DNA of 64,000 bases, taken from contig JBBIRK010000003.1 of assembly GCA_037441845.1 (NCBI GenBank), positions 160,001 to 224,000 of the forward strand, in the 5' to 3' direction. The stretch is from Candidatus Zixiibacteriota bacterium (GTDB lineage: Bacteria > Zixibacteria > MSB-5A5 > UBA10806 > 4484-95). Under the pieces are notes generated by a model. That model was given only the letters and a program-made list of their open reading frames with translations. It was not told the origin of the DNA and made no database searches. Of this stretch, positions 1 through 8,731 are shown piece by piece. The stretch's first letter is position 1. Every line of letters starts with the position of its first letter. Made by a program: the position numbers and the translations under genes.

Positions 1-1
1 C

Positions 2-655
2 ACCGAGTTCAGAAGACTTTACAGCAATCTGATCGGGACCGGCGGTGGTCTAAAGACCGTTCTGGTTACCTCCTCGATAGTGGAGGAGGGGAAAACCTTG
101 ATTTCGTCGTTTCTGGCGATGACGGTTGCGGAAATCGGCCGCGGAAAAATCCTCTTGATCGATTCGGACTTACGGCGCCCGATGGTCAATGTGCTTTTCA
201 AAATGAATTTGGAGGGCGGTTTCGCCGATCTGCTCGAGGGAAAACTTAAGGCCTCCGAAGCGGCCAAACCGACAATAATTCCCGCCCTTAAGGTGATTAC
301 CGCCGGCAAAATAACCTCCAGTCCGACACTGATAATGAATCCCACCAGAATTCACCAAGTTCTCGAGGAGTTGAAATTCTATTACGACTTCATTATAATC
401 GATGCGCCTCCAACGATACCGGTATCGGATCCGCTTCTGATAGCCCCGGAAACGGACGGCACATTGCTGGTGGTAAGGGCCGGAAGTACCCCTAAGGAGG
501 TAGTCAAGCGCGCCTGCAACCTGTTGTCGAACGCCAGGATCAAGATTTTAGGGGTGGTCATGAACAACTGCGATGAAATTCTTCCTTACCATTACAGCTC
601 AAAATATTACTCGTACAAGTATTATCATAAGCCCGCCGAAAAGACTAAGGCTTAA
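2..655 (+). CDS. CpsD/CapB-family (BY-kinase) polysaccharide tyrosine kinase, 5' truncated by the window edge
   Basis: Frame open from the window start (TEFRRLYSNL...VLVTSSIVEEGKT). Has a Walker A-like GKT, LLIDSDLRRP, IIIDAPP and a C-terminal Tyr cluster YHYSSKYYSYKYY. Confidence 0.9.
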   Translation, partial: TEFRRLYSNLIGTGGGLKTVLVTSSIVEEGKTLISSFLAMTVAEIGRGKILLIDSDLRRPMVNVLFKMNLEGGFADLLEGKLKASEAAKPTIIPALKVITAGKITSSPTLIMNPTRIHQVLEELKFYYDFIIIDAPPTIPVSDPLLIAPETDGTLLVVRAGSTPKEVVKRACNLLSNARIKILGVVMNNCDEILPYHYSSKYYSYKYYHKPAEKTKA

Positions 656-777
656 TGCAATTATTGTGCATGATTGTGCACAATCGTTCGGCCATCAGGC
701 CGTTTATAGATTTCCAAAAATCATAAAGTGAATAAATTCACATAACACAATCAAAATCTATTCCTTATTTCCTTAAT

Positions 778-790
778 TATCAATAAATTA
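778..790 (+). promoter_or_regulatory. IHF-like binding site
   Basis: TATCAATAAATTA matches WATCAANNNNTTR and lies between upstream palindromes and a sigma54 promoter. Confidence 0.5.
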
Positions 791-860
791 CATCAAGCCA
801 CCCCGATCCCTGTCTGCACCATAATCATCGCAAATTATAGTCCAAATTCCATCGAAAGTA

Positions 861-876
861 TGGCAAGCTATTTGCA
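861..876 (+). promoter_or_regulatory. sigma54 (-24/-12) promoter of the sugar transferase gene
   Basis: TGGCAAG-CTAT-TTGCA with exact consensus spacing, 58 bp before the ATG at 934. Confidence 0.75.
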
Positions 877-933
877 TGTGATATCCCGCACAAGGAGTGG
901 AAATCAACCAAAGTGAAAAGCTAGAGATAGACG

Positions 934-1827
934 ATGAGATATCAAAATCCAATAGTTAATCCAATAGCCCATTACTGGGAAGAGAGTATTGCTCTCGGCG
1001 GCTATTCCAATTATTGGAAATCCGTCGGTCAATCGATTCGGTACTTATTTGCCGAATATATCACCGCAAATTTGATCCTGCTGATAAGCATGGCCGCCAG
1101 GGTTCTGACGTTGCGGCCGCTTGCAGCGGCTATCTCCGATGTCTATCATCGTCATGGATTGAAATGGGCACTGAAAAGAACCATAGACATCGTCGGTTCG
1201 GCGGTCGGCTTGGTCTTTGCCACCCCCGTGTTCTTGGTTATCCCGATTTTGATAAAGCTCGATTCTCCGGGCCCGGTATTTTATCGGCAGGAGCGTGTGG
1301 GTAACAACCGCAGGCGTCGCGATAGGCGCGCCGCCGCCATGCCGATCGATCGGGAAAGGCGGCAAAACGACCGCCGCAAAGTCGAGGGATTCGGTCGGCC
1401 GTTCCATATCGTCAAGTTCCGCACCATGTTTGTCGATGCCGAAAAGCGCACCGGTCCGGTTTGGGCTACCAAAAACGATCCCAGGGTAACGCGTGTCGGC
1501 GCTTTCCTCAGGGCAACCAGGATCGATGAGATTCCGCAGCTTTTCAACGTGCTCATCGGAGATATGAGTCTTGTCGGCCCGAGACCGGAAAGAGCCTACT
1601 TCATCAAGAAGCTGAAAGCCAGCATCGATGGTTACGAGCGCAGACTGATGGTGAAACCGGGGGTGACCGGCCTGGCACAAGTCGAGCATAAATACGATGA
1701 ATCCGAGGACGATGTCAGAACCAAAGTGAAATACGATTTGGCCTATATCAGCAATTTCGGCCTGTTGCATGATCTCAAAATAATGTTCAAGACGATTTTC
1801 GTGGTTCTGGCGGCAAAAGGAATTTAG
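934..1827 (+). CDS. Priming (polyprenyl-phosphate) sugar transferase, Bac_transf family
   Basis: Motifs KRTIDI, SPGPVFYRQERVG, KFRTM, DPRVT, DEIPQLFNVLIGDMSLVGPRPE and KPGVTGLAQV. Confidence 0.93.
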   Translation: MRYQNPIVNPIAHYWEESIALGGYSNYWKSVGQSIRYLFAEYITANLILLISMAARVLTLRPLAAAISDVYHRHGLKWALKRTIDIVGSAVGLVFATPVFLVIPILIKLDSPGPVFYRQERVGNNRRRRDRRAAAMPIDRERRQNDRRKVEGFGRPFHIVKFRTMFVDAEKRTGPVWATKNDPRVTRVGAFLRATRIDEIPQLFNVLIGDMSLVGPRPERAYFIKKLKASIDGYERRLMVKPGVTGLAQVEHKYDESEDDVRTKVKYDLAYISNFGLLHDLKIMFKTIFVVLAAKGI

Positions 1828-1856
1828 AAAATTACCGTGGTTGATTCAGTTTCCCG

Positions 1857-1884
1857 AAAGAAAGGCTTCGGCCTTTCTTTTTTT
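1857..1884 (+). terminator. Rho-independent terminator
   Basis: AAAGAAAGGC-TTCG-GCCTTTCTTT followed by a T-run. Confidence 0.85.
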
Positions 1885-1964
1885 ATTGATATTGCATTGC
1901 GGCGATTTCAGCCTACAACAATCAGCTTGCCTTAGAGCGGATTTTATCCTATAATTTACCCGCC

Positions 1965-2264
1965 TTGTTCGTGTCCGAGCCGATAGAAGTCAGAAGTCAT
2001 GCTGGGGATGATGATGGTCAAAATCCGGAGGAGTTCATCTGGCGCGACCGTTGTGTCAAAGTCGCCCGCGTGATTTCCGCGTGGCAGGACTGGGGATTCG
2101 CGCAGGGCGCTCACAAACCGGATTGGCGGCAACGACGCCATCGCAATTGTTTTCTGATGGAATGCGTCGATAATCGGCTGTATGAAATTTATCTGGACAG
2201 ATCCCGGGCCGACGAACCGGCTTGGTTTCTGTACCGTATAATTGACAATATCGATTATAATTGA
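1965..2264 (+). CDS. DUF6504-like small protein
   Basis: PEEFIWRDR...VISAW...RHRNCF...YEIY...WFLYRIID pattern; start codon uncertain. Confidence 0.6.
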   Translation: MFVSEPIEVRSHAGDDDGQNPEEFIWRDRCVKVARVISAWQDWGFAQGAHKPDWRQRRHRNCFLMECVDNRLYEIYLDRSRADEPAWFLYRIIDNIDYN

Positions 2265-3052
2265 TAGGGGAAAGTTTATTTTTATCCGAGGAGGGTCATC
2301 TGAAAAATCTTCGATCGAAAGTAAACATAACGATTGCGGGTCTGGTCTGGTTTTGCGCCGCGCCGATCGTCTTGTATTTGGCGCCCGCTGCCGAGAATGC
2401 CCGCGCTCAGGAATACTCGACGGTCGTCAACTCGAATCCTCAAGGGGTGTTTATCAGCCTCGATGGCGAACACCGGCTTTCTGCGGTTACTCCTTGCAGA
2501 TTGCCGTCGACTCTTTCCGGTTCTTATCGTTTGAAAGCGACGTTGCCGGGTTACGAGTCGTGGAGCGGCGAAATAATAATACTGCCCGGGCAAGATAATA
2601 CTATCACTTTCACGCTTTCTCCGAAAACCCGCATCAAGGCGGCGCTGCGGTCGCTTTTGGTTCCCGGCTGGGGGCAATACTATTCCGGGCAGAAAGGGCG
2701 TTCGCTGATTTTCGCTGCGGCCGCAGTCGGCTTGGGCATCGGAACGGCATCGGCTCATGATGATTATCGCCGCAAGCGGGATAACTACCGAAGAACCTTG
2801 CTCGAATTGAGCAACGCGACGACCGCCGAAGAGGCGATTCGCCTGCGCATGCTCGCCTATGATCACAATAAACAGGCCTATGACGCCGAAACGAAACGAA
2901 ATTCATTGTTTGCGGTTCTGATCGGGGTCTGGGCATACAACATCCTCGATAACTTATTTTTCTTCCCGGAACGCAATTTCTCGGCGCTGCCGTTCATTCA
3001 GGCCGAATTTAACGGCGATGAAGCAAGAGTCGCGCTTTCGCTGGCGTTTTAG
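2261..3052 (+). CDS. PEGA-domain membrane/secreted protein with a DUF5683-like C-terminal region
   Basis: PEGA-like NSNPQGVFISLDG...GSYRLKATLPGYESW, plus RSLLVPGWGQYYSG; ends in aromatic F. Confidence 0.7.
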   Translation: MIGESLFLSEEGHLKNLRSKVNITIAGLVWFCAAPIVLYLAPAAENARAQEYSTVVNSNPQGVFISLDGEHRLSAVTPCRLPSTLSGSYRLKATLPGYESWSGEIIILPGQDNTITFTLSPKTRIKAALRSLLVPGWGQYYSGQKGRSLIFAAAAVGLGIGTASAHDDYRRKRDNYRRTLLELSNATTAEEAIRLRMLAYDHNKQAYDAETKRNSLFAVLIGVWAYNILDNLFFFPERNFSALPFIQAEFNGDEARVALSLAF

Positions 3053-3061
3053 GAGGCGGGC

Positions 3062-4609
3062 ATGAGATACTTTACGCCTATTTTGTTGCTGCTTGCCTTC
3101 ATAACCTGTTCGAGAGAGATCCCTAATCCCACCTCTTTTCCAAACCTTCCGGAAATGCCTCCTGCTCCATATGCGGTGACGATTTCCATTGGAGACCATT
3201 CGATCAGGCTCAGCTGGCAGGTTTCGGACACCACCGATATAGCGCATTATCGAATCTATCGTGCGGAGTCGGCCGAGGAGGTGCTTTCCCGGTTCGATTC
3301 GACCGAAATGCGGGTCTATACCGATTCCAATCTCACCAACGGCCGCCAATACTTTTATCAAGTGTCGTCGGTCAGCGGCCAGGGAAGGGAAAGTCAACGT
3401 TCCCGCATAGTATCGGCCGTGCCCAACCTGTTTTCGATCGTGATCGAGAACGGCGCTGAGGAAATCAATACCAGATCGGTGCAATTGACGCTGGTGGCCC
3501 CGCCGACAACCACCTTGATGCGCATCGCCAACGATATAAGTTTCGACGGCGCCAACTGGGAGCCGTTCGCCGCCGACAAACAATGGCTTCTCACCGGCGG
3601 CGCCGGCATAAAAAGAGTTTATGCCTTTTTCCGCGATTCCGACGGGATCATGATGACCGAGCCGGTGATCGACAGCATTTCTTATGTAATCAGACCTCAT
3701 GATTTCACCGTCTTGGTAAACGGCGGCGACATCCAAACTTATTCGCGGTCGGTCAACCTTCAGATTACCGCGCCCCAGGGAACCGGTTTCATGAAAATTT
3801 CGACCGATCCTTCGTTTACCGGTGCGGTATGGGAGCCGCTTGCCGCCAATCGTGATTGGCTGATAGGGCAGTCCGAGGCGCAAAATCGGGATACGGTGCG
3901 TTTCCTCGTTCGTTTTCTTGATTCGGCTCATGACAGCATCGCCGTGCAGGCGGCCGACTCGATAATCGCCTCGTTCGCCGAACCCGTTGATTTACTGCCA
4001 GTGTATTCCCCCGATGACCATTATCGCGCCGTCAATTTGCAATGGAGCGTTTCGAGATCGGAGGATTTTCTCCGCTATCGTCTTTTCCGCTCGCGCGACA
4101 CGGGGACGGTCGATACGATCGTGGCCGAGATTTCGGATATCAACCGAAACACATTCACCGACAGCTTGAATTTAGGGGCGTTGCCGACATCGACACCGGT
4201 TGAATTGTTTTACATGGTGCGATTCTATAGTGAATGGGGCGACTCTTCCGATTCGGACACGATAACGGTCAGTCTGCGCAACACCCAGCCGGCCGCAATC
4301 ACCTGTTTCGTGAGCGGTGCCGCATTCCAACCGGATACGGCCACGGGGTGGTTTAATCTTACGGCCACGATCGGCTGGTCGCGTTCGGATATACCCGATT
4401 TCTCGCATTATGTTCTTTACGAAAACACTGCGCCCAGCAGTGCAACTTCACGTCCGGTTGCTTTCGTTTACGATAGCGGGACTACATCATTCGAACTGAC
4501 CCGCAATAATGTCGATTCCACGACCGTATTTTACTACTGGATGAGGGTTTTCGACCTGGGCGGGCAGAATTCGGCGTATTCACAGCCCGATTCCATCCGC
4601 TATCGCTGA
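3062..4609 (+). CDS. Fibronectin type III domain lipoprotein
   Basis: Lipobox-like LAFITC; FN3 motifs LSW...YRIYR...YTD..LTNG..YFYQV; two F.GA.WEP.AA...WL repeats. Confidence 0.75.
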   Translation: MRYFTPILLLLAFITCSREIPNPTSFPNLPEMPPAPYAVTISIGDHSIRLSWQVSDTTDIAHYRIYRAESAEEVLSRFDSTEMRVYTDSNLTNGRQYFYQVSSVSGQGRESQRSRIVSAVPNLFSIVIENGAEEINTRSVQLTLVAPPTTTLMRIANDISFDGANWEPFAADKQWLLTGGAGIKRVYAFFRDSDGIMMTEPVIDSISYVIRPHDFTVLVNGGDIQTYSRSVNLQITAPQGTGFMKISTDPSFTGAVWEPLAANRDWLIGQSEAQNRDTVRFLVRFLDSAHDSIAVQAADSIIASFAEPVDLLPVYSPDDHYRAVNLQWSVSRSEDFLRYRLFRSRDTGTVDTIVAEISDINRNTFTDSLNLGALPTSTPVELFYMVRFYSEWGDSSDSDTITVSLRNTQPAAITCFVSGAAFQPDTATGWFNLTATIGWSRSDIPDFSHYVLYENTAPSSATSRPVAFVYDSGTTSFELTRNNVDSTTVFYYWMRVFDLGGQNSAYSQPDSIRYR

Positions 4610-4634
4610 ATTTGGAATTTCCGAAAAAGACCAT

Positions 4635-4665
4635 AGGGATGCAGTTTGCTGTATCCCTTTTTTTT
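4635..4665 (+). terminator. Rho-independent terminator
   Basis: AGGGATGCAG-TTTG-CTGTATCCCT followed by a T-run. Confidence 0.8.
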
Positions 4666-4822
4666 GCCGCTAAAATCGAAGTTGCGCCGTCCTGTCCGGA
4701 ATCTATTATCAGTGGTGGTGGGCGCCGCCGGCGATACCGATGAATCCATTCGGCAGATTACGGCCGCTTTCGAGGATTTATTTTATATTGAATAATTCGT
4801 GGACTTCTCCGATTATTGAATT

Positions 4823-6583
4823 ATGAAAGGCGTCCGCGAACATCATATTGCCATAACGGCGGCGATCGGCGCTTTCGCCGTTTTCGCGTTTCAGGCGTGT
4901 CCTACTTTTTATTTCTGGGACAGCGCCGAGTTGACCGCGGCAATCGCCGGCAAGGGCATACCGCATCCCCCGGGATTTCCTATGTATTTGATCGTCGCAA
5001 CTGCCGTATCCCTGGCGATTCCCATGAAAACCAGTGCGCTATTGCCGCTGTTGTCGTCGTTATTGGCCGCCGCCGCTATCGGGGTCGTCTATTCGGCGAT
5101 CGTGCGGTTTTCGATTCTCTCGAATTATACTCGATTGGAAAGCCGGCTGGCGGCTTTGTTCGGTTGTATGATATTATGTTTCAGTTATTCGATAACCAGT
5201 CAGGCTACGCGTGCCGAAGTTTACGCTTTGCAGTTTCTGATTTTCGCCGTGTTTTTCCTCTTATCGGGGGATATTTTTTATTCCGCCGATTCAACTTACA
5301 ATAAAATACGAACAATTTCGATTCTTTATCTGATAGTCGGATTGGGTTTGGCCAATCATATATTGACAGCGGCGATGATCTTGCCGGCGGCGATCATGTT
5401 GACCTATAGAAACATGAACAGGAGGGTGTTTGCGCTTTCCACCGTGTCGCTGCTTATTCCGCTGAGTGCCTATTTCTATCTGATGTTGTTGGCGCAAGGC
5501 TCGCCGGCGCAGAACTGGGGCGATCCCTCGACGATAGGTCGGTTGTTCGATGTGGTCACGGCTGCGGAATTCGACAAATCGGCTGCGGCTTTCGCATTAC
5601 CTCACATATATGAAAATACCTCGTTTGCGGTGGAATTGATCTATCGACAACTGGGACCGCTTTTCTCGGGGTTGGCGATCCTCGGAATGGTCGCCACGGC
5701 GATACTTGATAGGCGTCGTTTCATTTTCCTGATGCTTATTCTGATATGTAATATTATGAGCACGATATTCAACGAAATCTATTATTACGAAAATCTCGAT
5801 ATTCATGGGTATCTGACCGCCGGATTGCTGGCGGCGATATTTTTCGGCGTAATCGGCCTGCTGACCATAATCGGCCCTATCAAGAAGAGTTTGAAATCGC
5901 CGGTTGTCATACTGATAGGAATCGTGTCGGTCGCTGCCGGCGCCGTGCCTAATCTGGGCAAGGCCTCCTTATCGGGAAACAGATCGGCTGAAAGACTCGC
6001 CCGGACGTTGGCCGCCGAATGTGACAGCGGAGCGGTAATGTTTTGTTCGTCTTACAATACTTATTTTATAATTCAGGCGTTGCAAGCCGAGCGGATTCGC
6101 ACCGATATCCGTTTGATTCATATCTATCAACTCGAGCGAGACTGGTATCGCAATCAGTTGATAAGGCGTTTCAATCTGCAATCGATGTCGGTGGATGGTC
6201 CGGGTCCTGCTTTTTATAGGCAACTGGTTAATTCATTTAAGGATAGTTGCGAAATACTGGTGGAATACGACGAAGGCTCCGCCCCTTTGCGAAATTATCT
6301 TTGGCCCGAGGGGTTTCTTTGGAAATTCAAATTGCCGCAATTTCGGCCGAATGAAGCAATAGAGGATTGGAGTCTGGATAAGGACTTGGCCCGATTCGAA
6401 AATTATCTTCGATCCGGCATGGATTATGAAGAATTAAAAAGCATGGCTTGGATAATGAGGAACCGGATGCAGTTTTTCACCGATCTCGGATTCGATGATC
6501 TGGGGAACAGCTACCTCGACGAGGTGGAACGACTTGCGTCTGCATTCGATAAAAATAACGCTTCTAAATCCCGAGGTGATTAA
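4823..6583 (+). CDS. DUF2723 / TMEM260-like GT-C membrane glycosyltransferase
   Basis: N-terminal WDSAEL...GIPHPPGFPMY, AEVYAL, GLGLANH, NWGDP and many transmembrane helices. Confidence 0.8.
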   Translation: MKGVREHHIAITAAIGAFAVFAFQACPTFYFWDSAELTAAIAGKGIPHPPGFPMYLIVATAVSLAIPMKTSALLPLLSSLLAAAAIGVVYSAIVRFSILSNYTRLESRLAALFGCMILCFSYSITSQATRAEVYALQFLIFAVFFLLSGDIFYSADSTYNKIRTISILYLIVGLGLANHILTAAMILPAAIMLTYRNMNRRVFALSTVSLLIPLSAYFYLMLLAQGSPAQNWGDPSTIGRLFDVVTAAEFDKSAAAFALPHIYENTSFAVELIYRQLGPLFSGLAILGMVATAILDRRRFIFLMLILICNIMSTIFNEIYYYENLDIHGYLTAGLLAAIFFGVIGLLTIIGPIKKSLKSPVVILIGIVSVAAGAVPNLGKASLSGNRSAERLARTLAAECDSGAVMFCSSYNTYFIIQALQAERIRTDIRLIHIYQLERDWYRNQLIRRFNLQSMSVDGPGPAFYRQLVNSFKDSCEILVEYDEGSAPLRNYLWPEGFLWKFKLPQFRPNEAIEDWSLDKDLARFENYLRSGMDYEELKSMAWIMRNRMQFFTDLGFDDLGNSYLDEVERLASAFDKNNASKSRGD

Positions 6584-6997
6584 ATGAAAAGGTCACGAAA
6601 AGGATTTACTTTGATCGAATTGATGATAGTGGTGGTGATTATAGGTATTCTGGCGGCTTTGGCTGTTCCCCGATTCATGAGGGCGGCCACGCGGGCTAAA
6701 CAATCTGAGGCCAAAGGGATACTTAAACAGATCTACACCATGCAACGCGCCTATTTTGTAGAGAACGACGCCTACTGCCGCAACGGGGTTACCGCTAATG
6801 CCGCAGCCCCGCAAGCGTTTGCGCCGCTTGCCGTCGAAATTATGCCGACCGCGCGCTACAATTATGTGATGACGGTTGCGGGAGCGACATTCACTTGCAC
6901 CGCAACAGCCAATCTCGATGATGACGCCACCAACGATGTCTGGACCATTGACCAGACCGGGCGACTCGTTTGCACCTCCGATGATTCGCGGCTGTGA
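6584..6997 (+). CDS. Type IVa pilin (copy 1)
   Basis: Prepilin cleavage motif KG|FTLIELMIVVVIIGILAALAVP; SD GAGGTGAT lies inside the end of the upstream gene. Confidence 0.93.
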   Translation: MKRSRKGFTLIELMIVVVIIGILAALAVPRFMRAATRAKQSEAKGILKQIYTMQRAYFVENDAYCRNGVTANAAAPQAFAPLAVEIMPTARYNYVMTVAGATFTCTATANLDDDATNDVWTIDQTGRLVCTSDDSRL

Positions 6998-7271
6998 TTA
7001 AGGTCGACCTGGCAATAGCGGCGGTTGATCGTTTCTTCACCTAATTATCGTTGCGATAAACATTTGCCGTGTCGAATCGCGCCCGCCGGGCTTTTCTCGG
7101 CCGGCTGGTCTGAATCAGCGTTTCTTGGCCTTGCATTTTGCGAAATGCAAAGGTCTCTCGCCGTGATCGAGTTGATCATCCATAAAGCGTGATTCCGCGA
7201 AATGAAACATATTTCGGTGTCGGCCAATGTGTTAGCGGCGTCCGGGGGGATTCCCGCAATTGTGGTCGCCT

Positions 7272-7286
7272 TGGCACGGGATTTGA
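7272..7286 (+). promoter_or_regulatory. sigma54 promoter of pilin copy 2
   Basis: TGGCACG-GGAT-TTGA; consensus except C>A at -12. Confidence 0.6.
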
Positions 7287-7396
7287 GTAATACTGTTTTC
7301 GATTGAACAAAAAACAGGGGTAACGGCTAAAGAATAGTTTCGGAAATTCGATAAAAAAAGTAAGAATCAGATAACCCAAAAACAGGAGAGTGACAG

Positions 7397-7813
7397 ATGT
7401 CGAGGAAGTCAAACAAAGGTTTCACCCTTATCGAATTGATGATCGTCGTGGTCATCATCGGTATCCTTGCCGCACTGGCAATACCTCGATTCATGCGTTC
7501 GACCACTAAGGCCAAACAGTCCGAGGCCAAGCAGTTGTTGAAACAGGTTTACACAATGCAGCGCGCCTACCGCCAGGAATTTGACAGCTACTGCTTGAAC
7601 GGAGCCACCGCCAGCGCCGCCGCGCCGAACGCTTTCGCCCAGATCGGCGTCGAGGTCATGTCCACCGCTCGTTACACATACGTCATGACCGCCGCCGCCA
7701 ACACTTTCAGCTGCGTGGCTACCGCCAACCTTGACGATGACGCCACCAATGACGTCTGGACAATCGACCAGACCGGCAACCTGGTGTGCACGTCGAACGA
7801 TGCTATAAACTGA
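7397..7813 (+). CDS. pilA: Type IVa pilin (copy 2, probable major pilin)
   Basis: KG|FTLIELMIVVVIIGILAALAIP; has its own promoter, SD AGGAG and terminator. Confidence 0.9.
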   Translation: MSRKSNKGFTLIELMIVVVIIGILAALAIPRFMRSTTKAKQSEAKQLLKQVYTMQRAYRQEFDSYCLNGATASAAAPNAFAQIGVEVMSTARYTYVMTAAANTFSCVATANLDDDATNDVWTIDQTGNLVCTSNDAIN

Positions 7814-7832
7814 TAATTCTCGCGGAATCTAC

Positions 7833-7859
7833 GGGGCTCGGAAACGGGCCCCTTTTTTT
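7833..7859 (+). terminator. Rho-independent terminator after pilin copy 2
   Basis: GGGGCTCG-GAAA-CGGGCCCC followed by a T-run. Confidence 0.85.
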
Positions 7860-7896
7860 ATTTGCATCAAAGACGATTCACCCATATTAAGCCGCT

Positions 7897-8694
7897 ATGG
7901 ATTACGTTCAATTGATACCGGTGGTCGTTTTGGGCCTGATCATGGGCAGTTTCGCCAATGTATGCATCTATCGACTGCCGCTCGGAAAATCGCTGATCAG
8001 GCCGGCCTCGGCCTGCCCCGCCTGCGGACGGCCTATCGCGCCATACGATAATATACCGCTGTTGAGCTACCTGATTCTACTTGGGCGATGCCGACACTGC
8101 CGGGCGAGAATCGGCATTCGATACCCGGTCGTTGAATCGCTCAATGCGCTTTTGTATGTTGTGGCAATCCTGAATATCGGCGGTTCCGCCGGTGACCGCC
8201 TGTTTCGTCTTATAGAGGCGTTTTATTTATCCACGGCGTTCTTGGTCATCTTCTTTATCGATATAGATCATCGAATCATTCCCGATTCGATTTCGCTTTC
8301 CGGCATCGTGATCGGCATCTTGTTCAGTTTTCTGCCGGGAATACCGGTCGATTGGAAACAGGCGTTGATCGGGACGATCGTGGGCGGAGGTTTGTTTCTG
8401 CTGGTGGCCGAAATCGGCGATAGGGTGTTCAAACGCGAAAGCATGGGCGGCGGCGATATCAAACTCGCGGCGATGCTGGGGGCTTGTCTCGGCTGGAAAG
8501 GGATATTGTTGGTTCTATGCTTGGCGTCGTTTTTGGGAAGTATCGTCGGCTTGACTCAACTCGCCCTGGCCAAAGATAAGGCATCGGCCAGAATCGTGCC
8601 TTTCGGGCCTTTTTTGGTCACCGCCGGCTTGATCGTATTTTACTGGGGGAACGAAATCATTCGCTTTTACCTGAAAAGCGTCGGTTTGCTTTAA
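7897..8694 (+). CDS. pilD: Prepilin peptidase / N-methyltransferase
   Basis: GSFANVCIYRLP, CPAC...CRHC zinc site, ID..HRIIPD, MGGGDIKL and PFGPFL. Confidence 0.95.
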   Translation: MDYVQLIPVVVLGLIMGSFANVCIYRLPLGKSLIRPASACPACGRPIAPYDNIPLLSYLILLGRCRHCRARIGIRYPVVESLNALLYVVAILNIGGSAGDRLFRLIEAFYLSTAFLVIFFIDIDHRIIPDSISLSGIVIGILFSFLPGIPVDWKQALIGTIVGGGLFLLVAEIGDRVFKRESMGGGDIKLAAMLGACLGWKGILLVLCLASFLGSIVGLTQLALAKDKASARIVPFGPFLVTAGLIVFYWGNEIIRFYLKSVGLL

Positions 8695-8731
8695 TTATAC
8701 TCACTCTGCCGGTCTGCCGATATCGATATAT

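Noticed and set aside
6584..7813. Electrically conductive (e-pilin) interpretation of the pilins
   Set aside because: Each has only 11 F/Y/W in 130 mature residues (about 8.5%) and no aromatic residue at positions 27 or 32, unlike Geobacter PilA.
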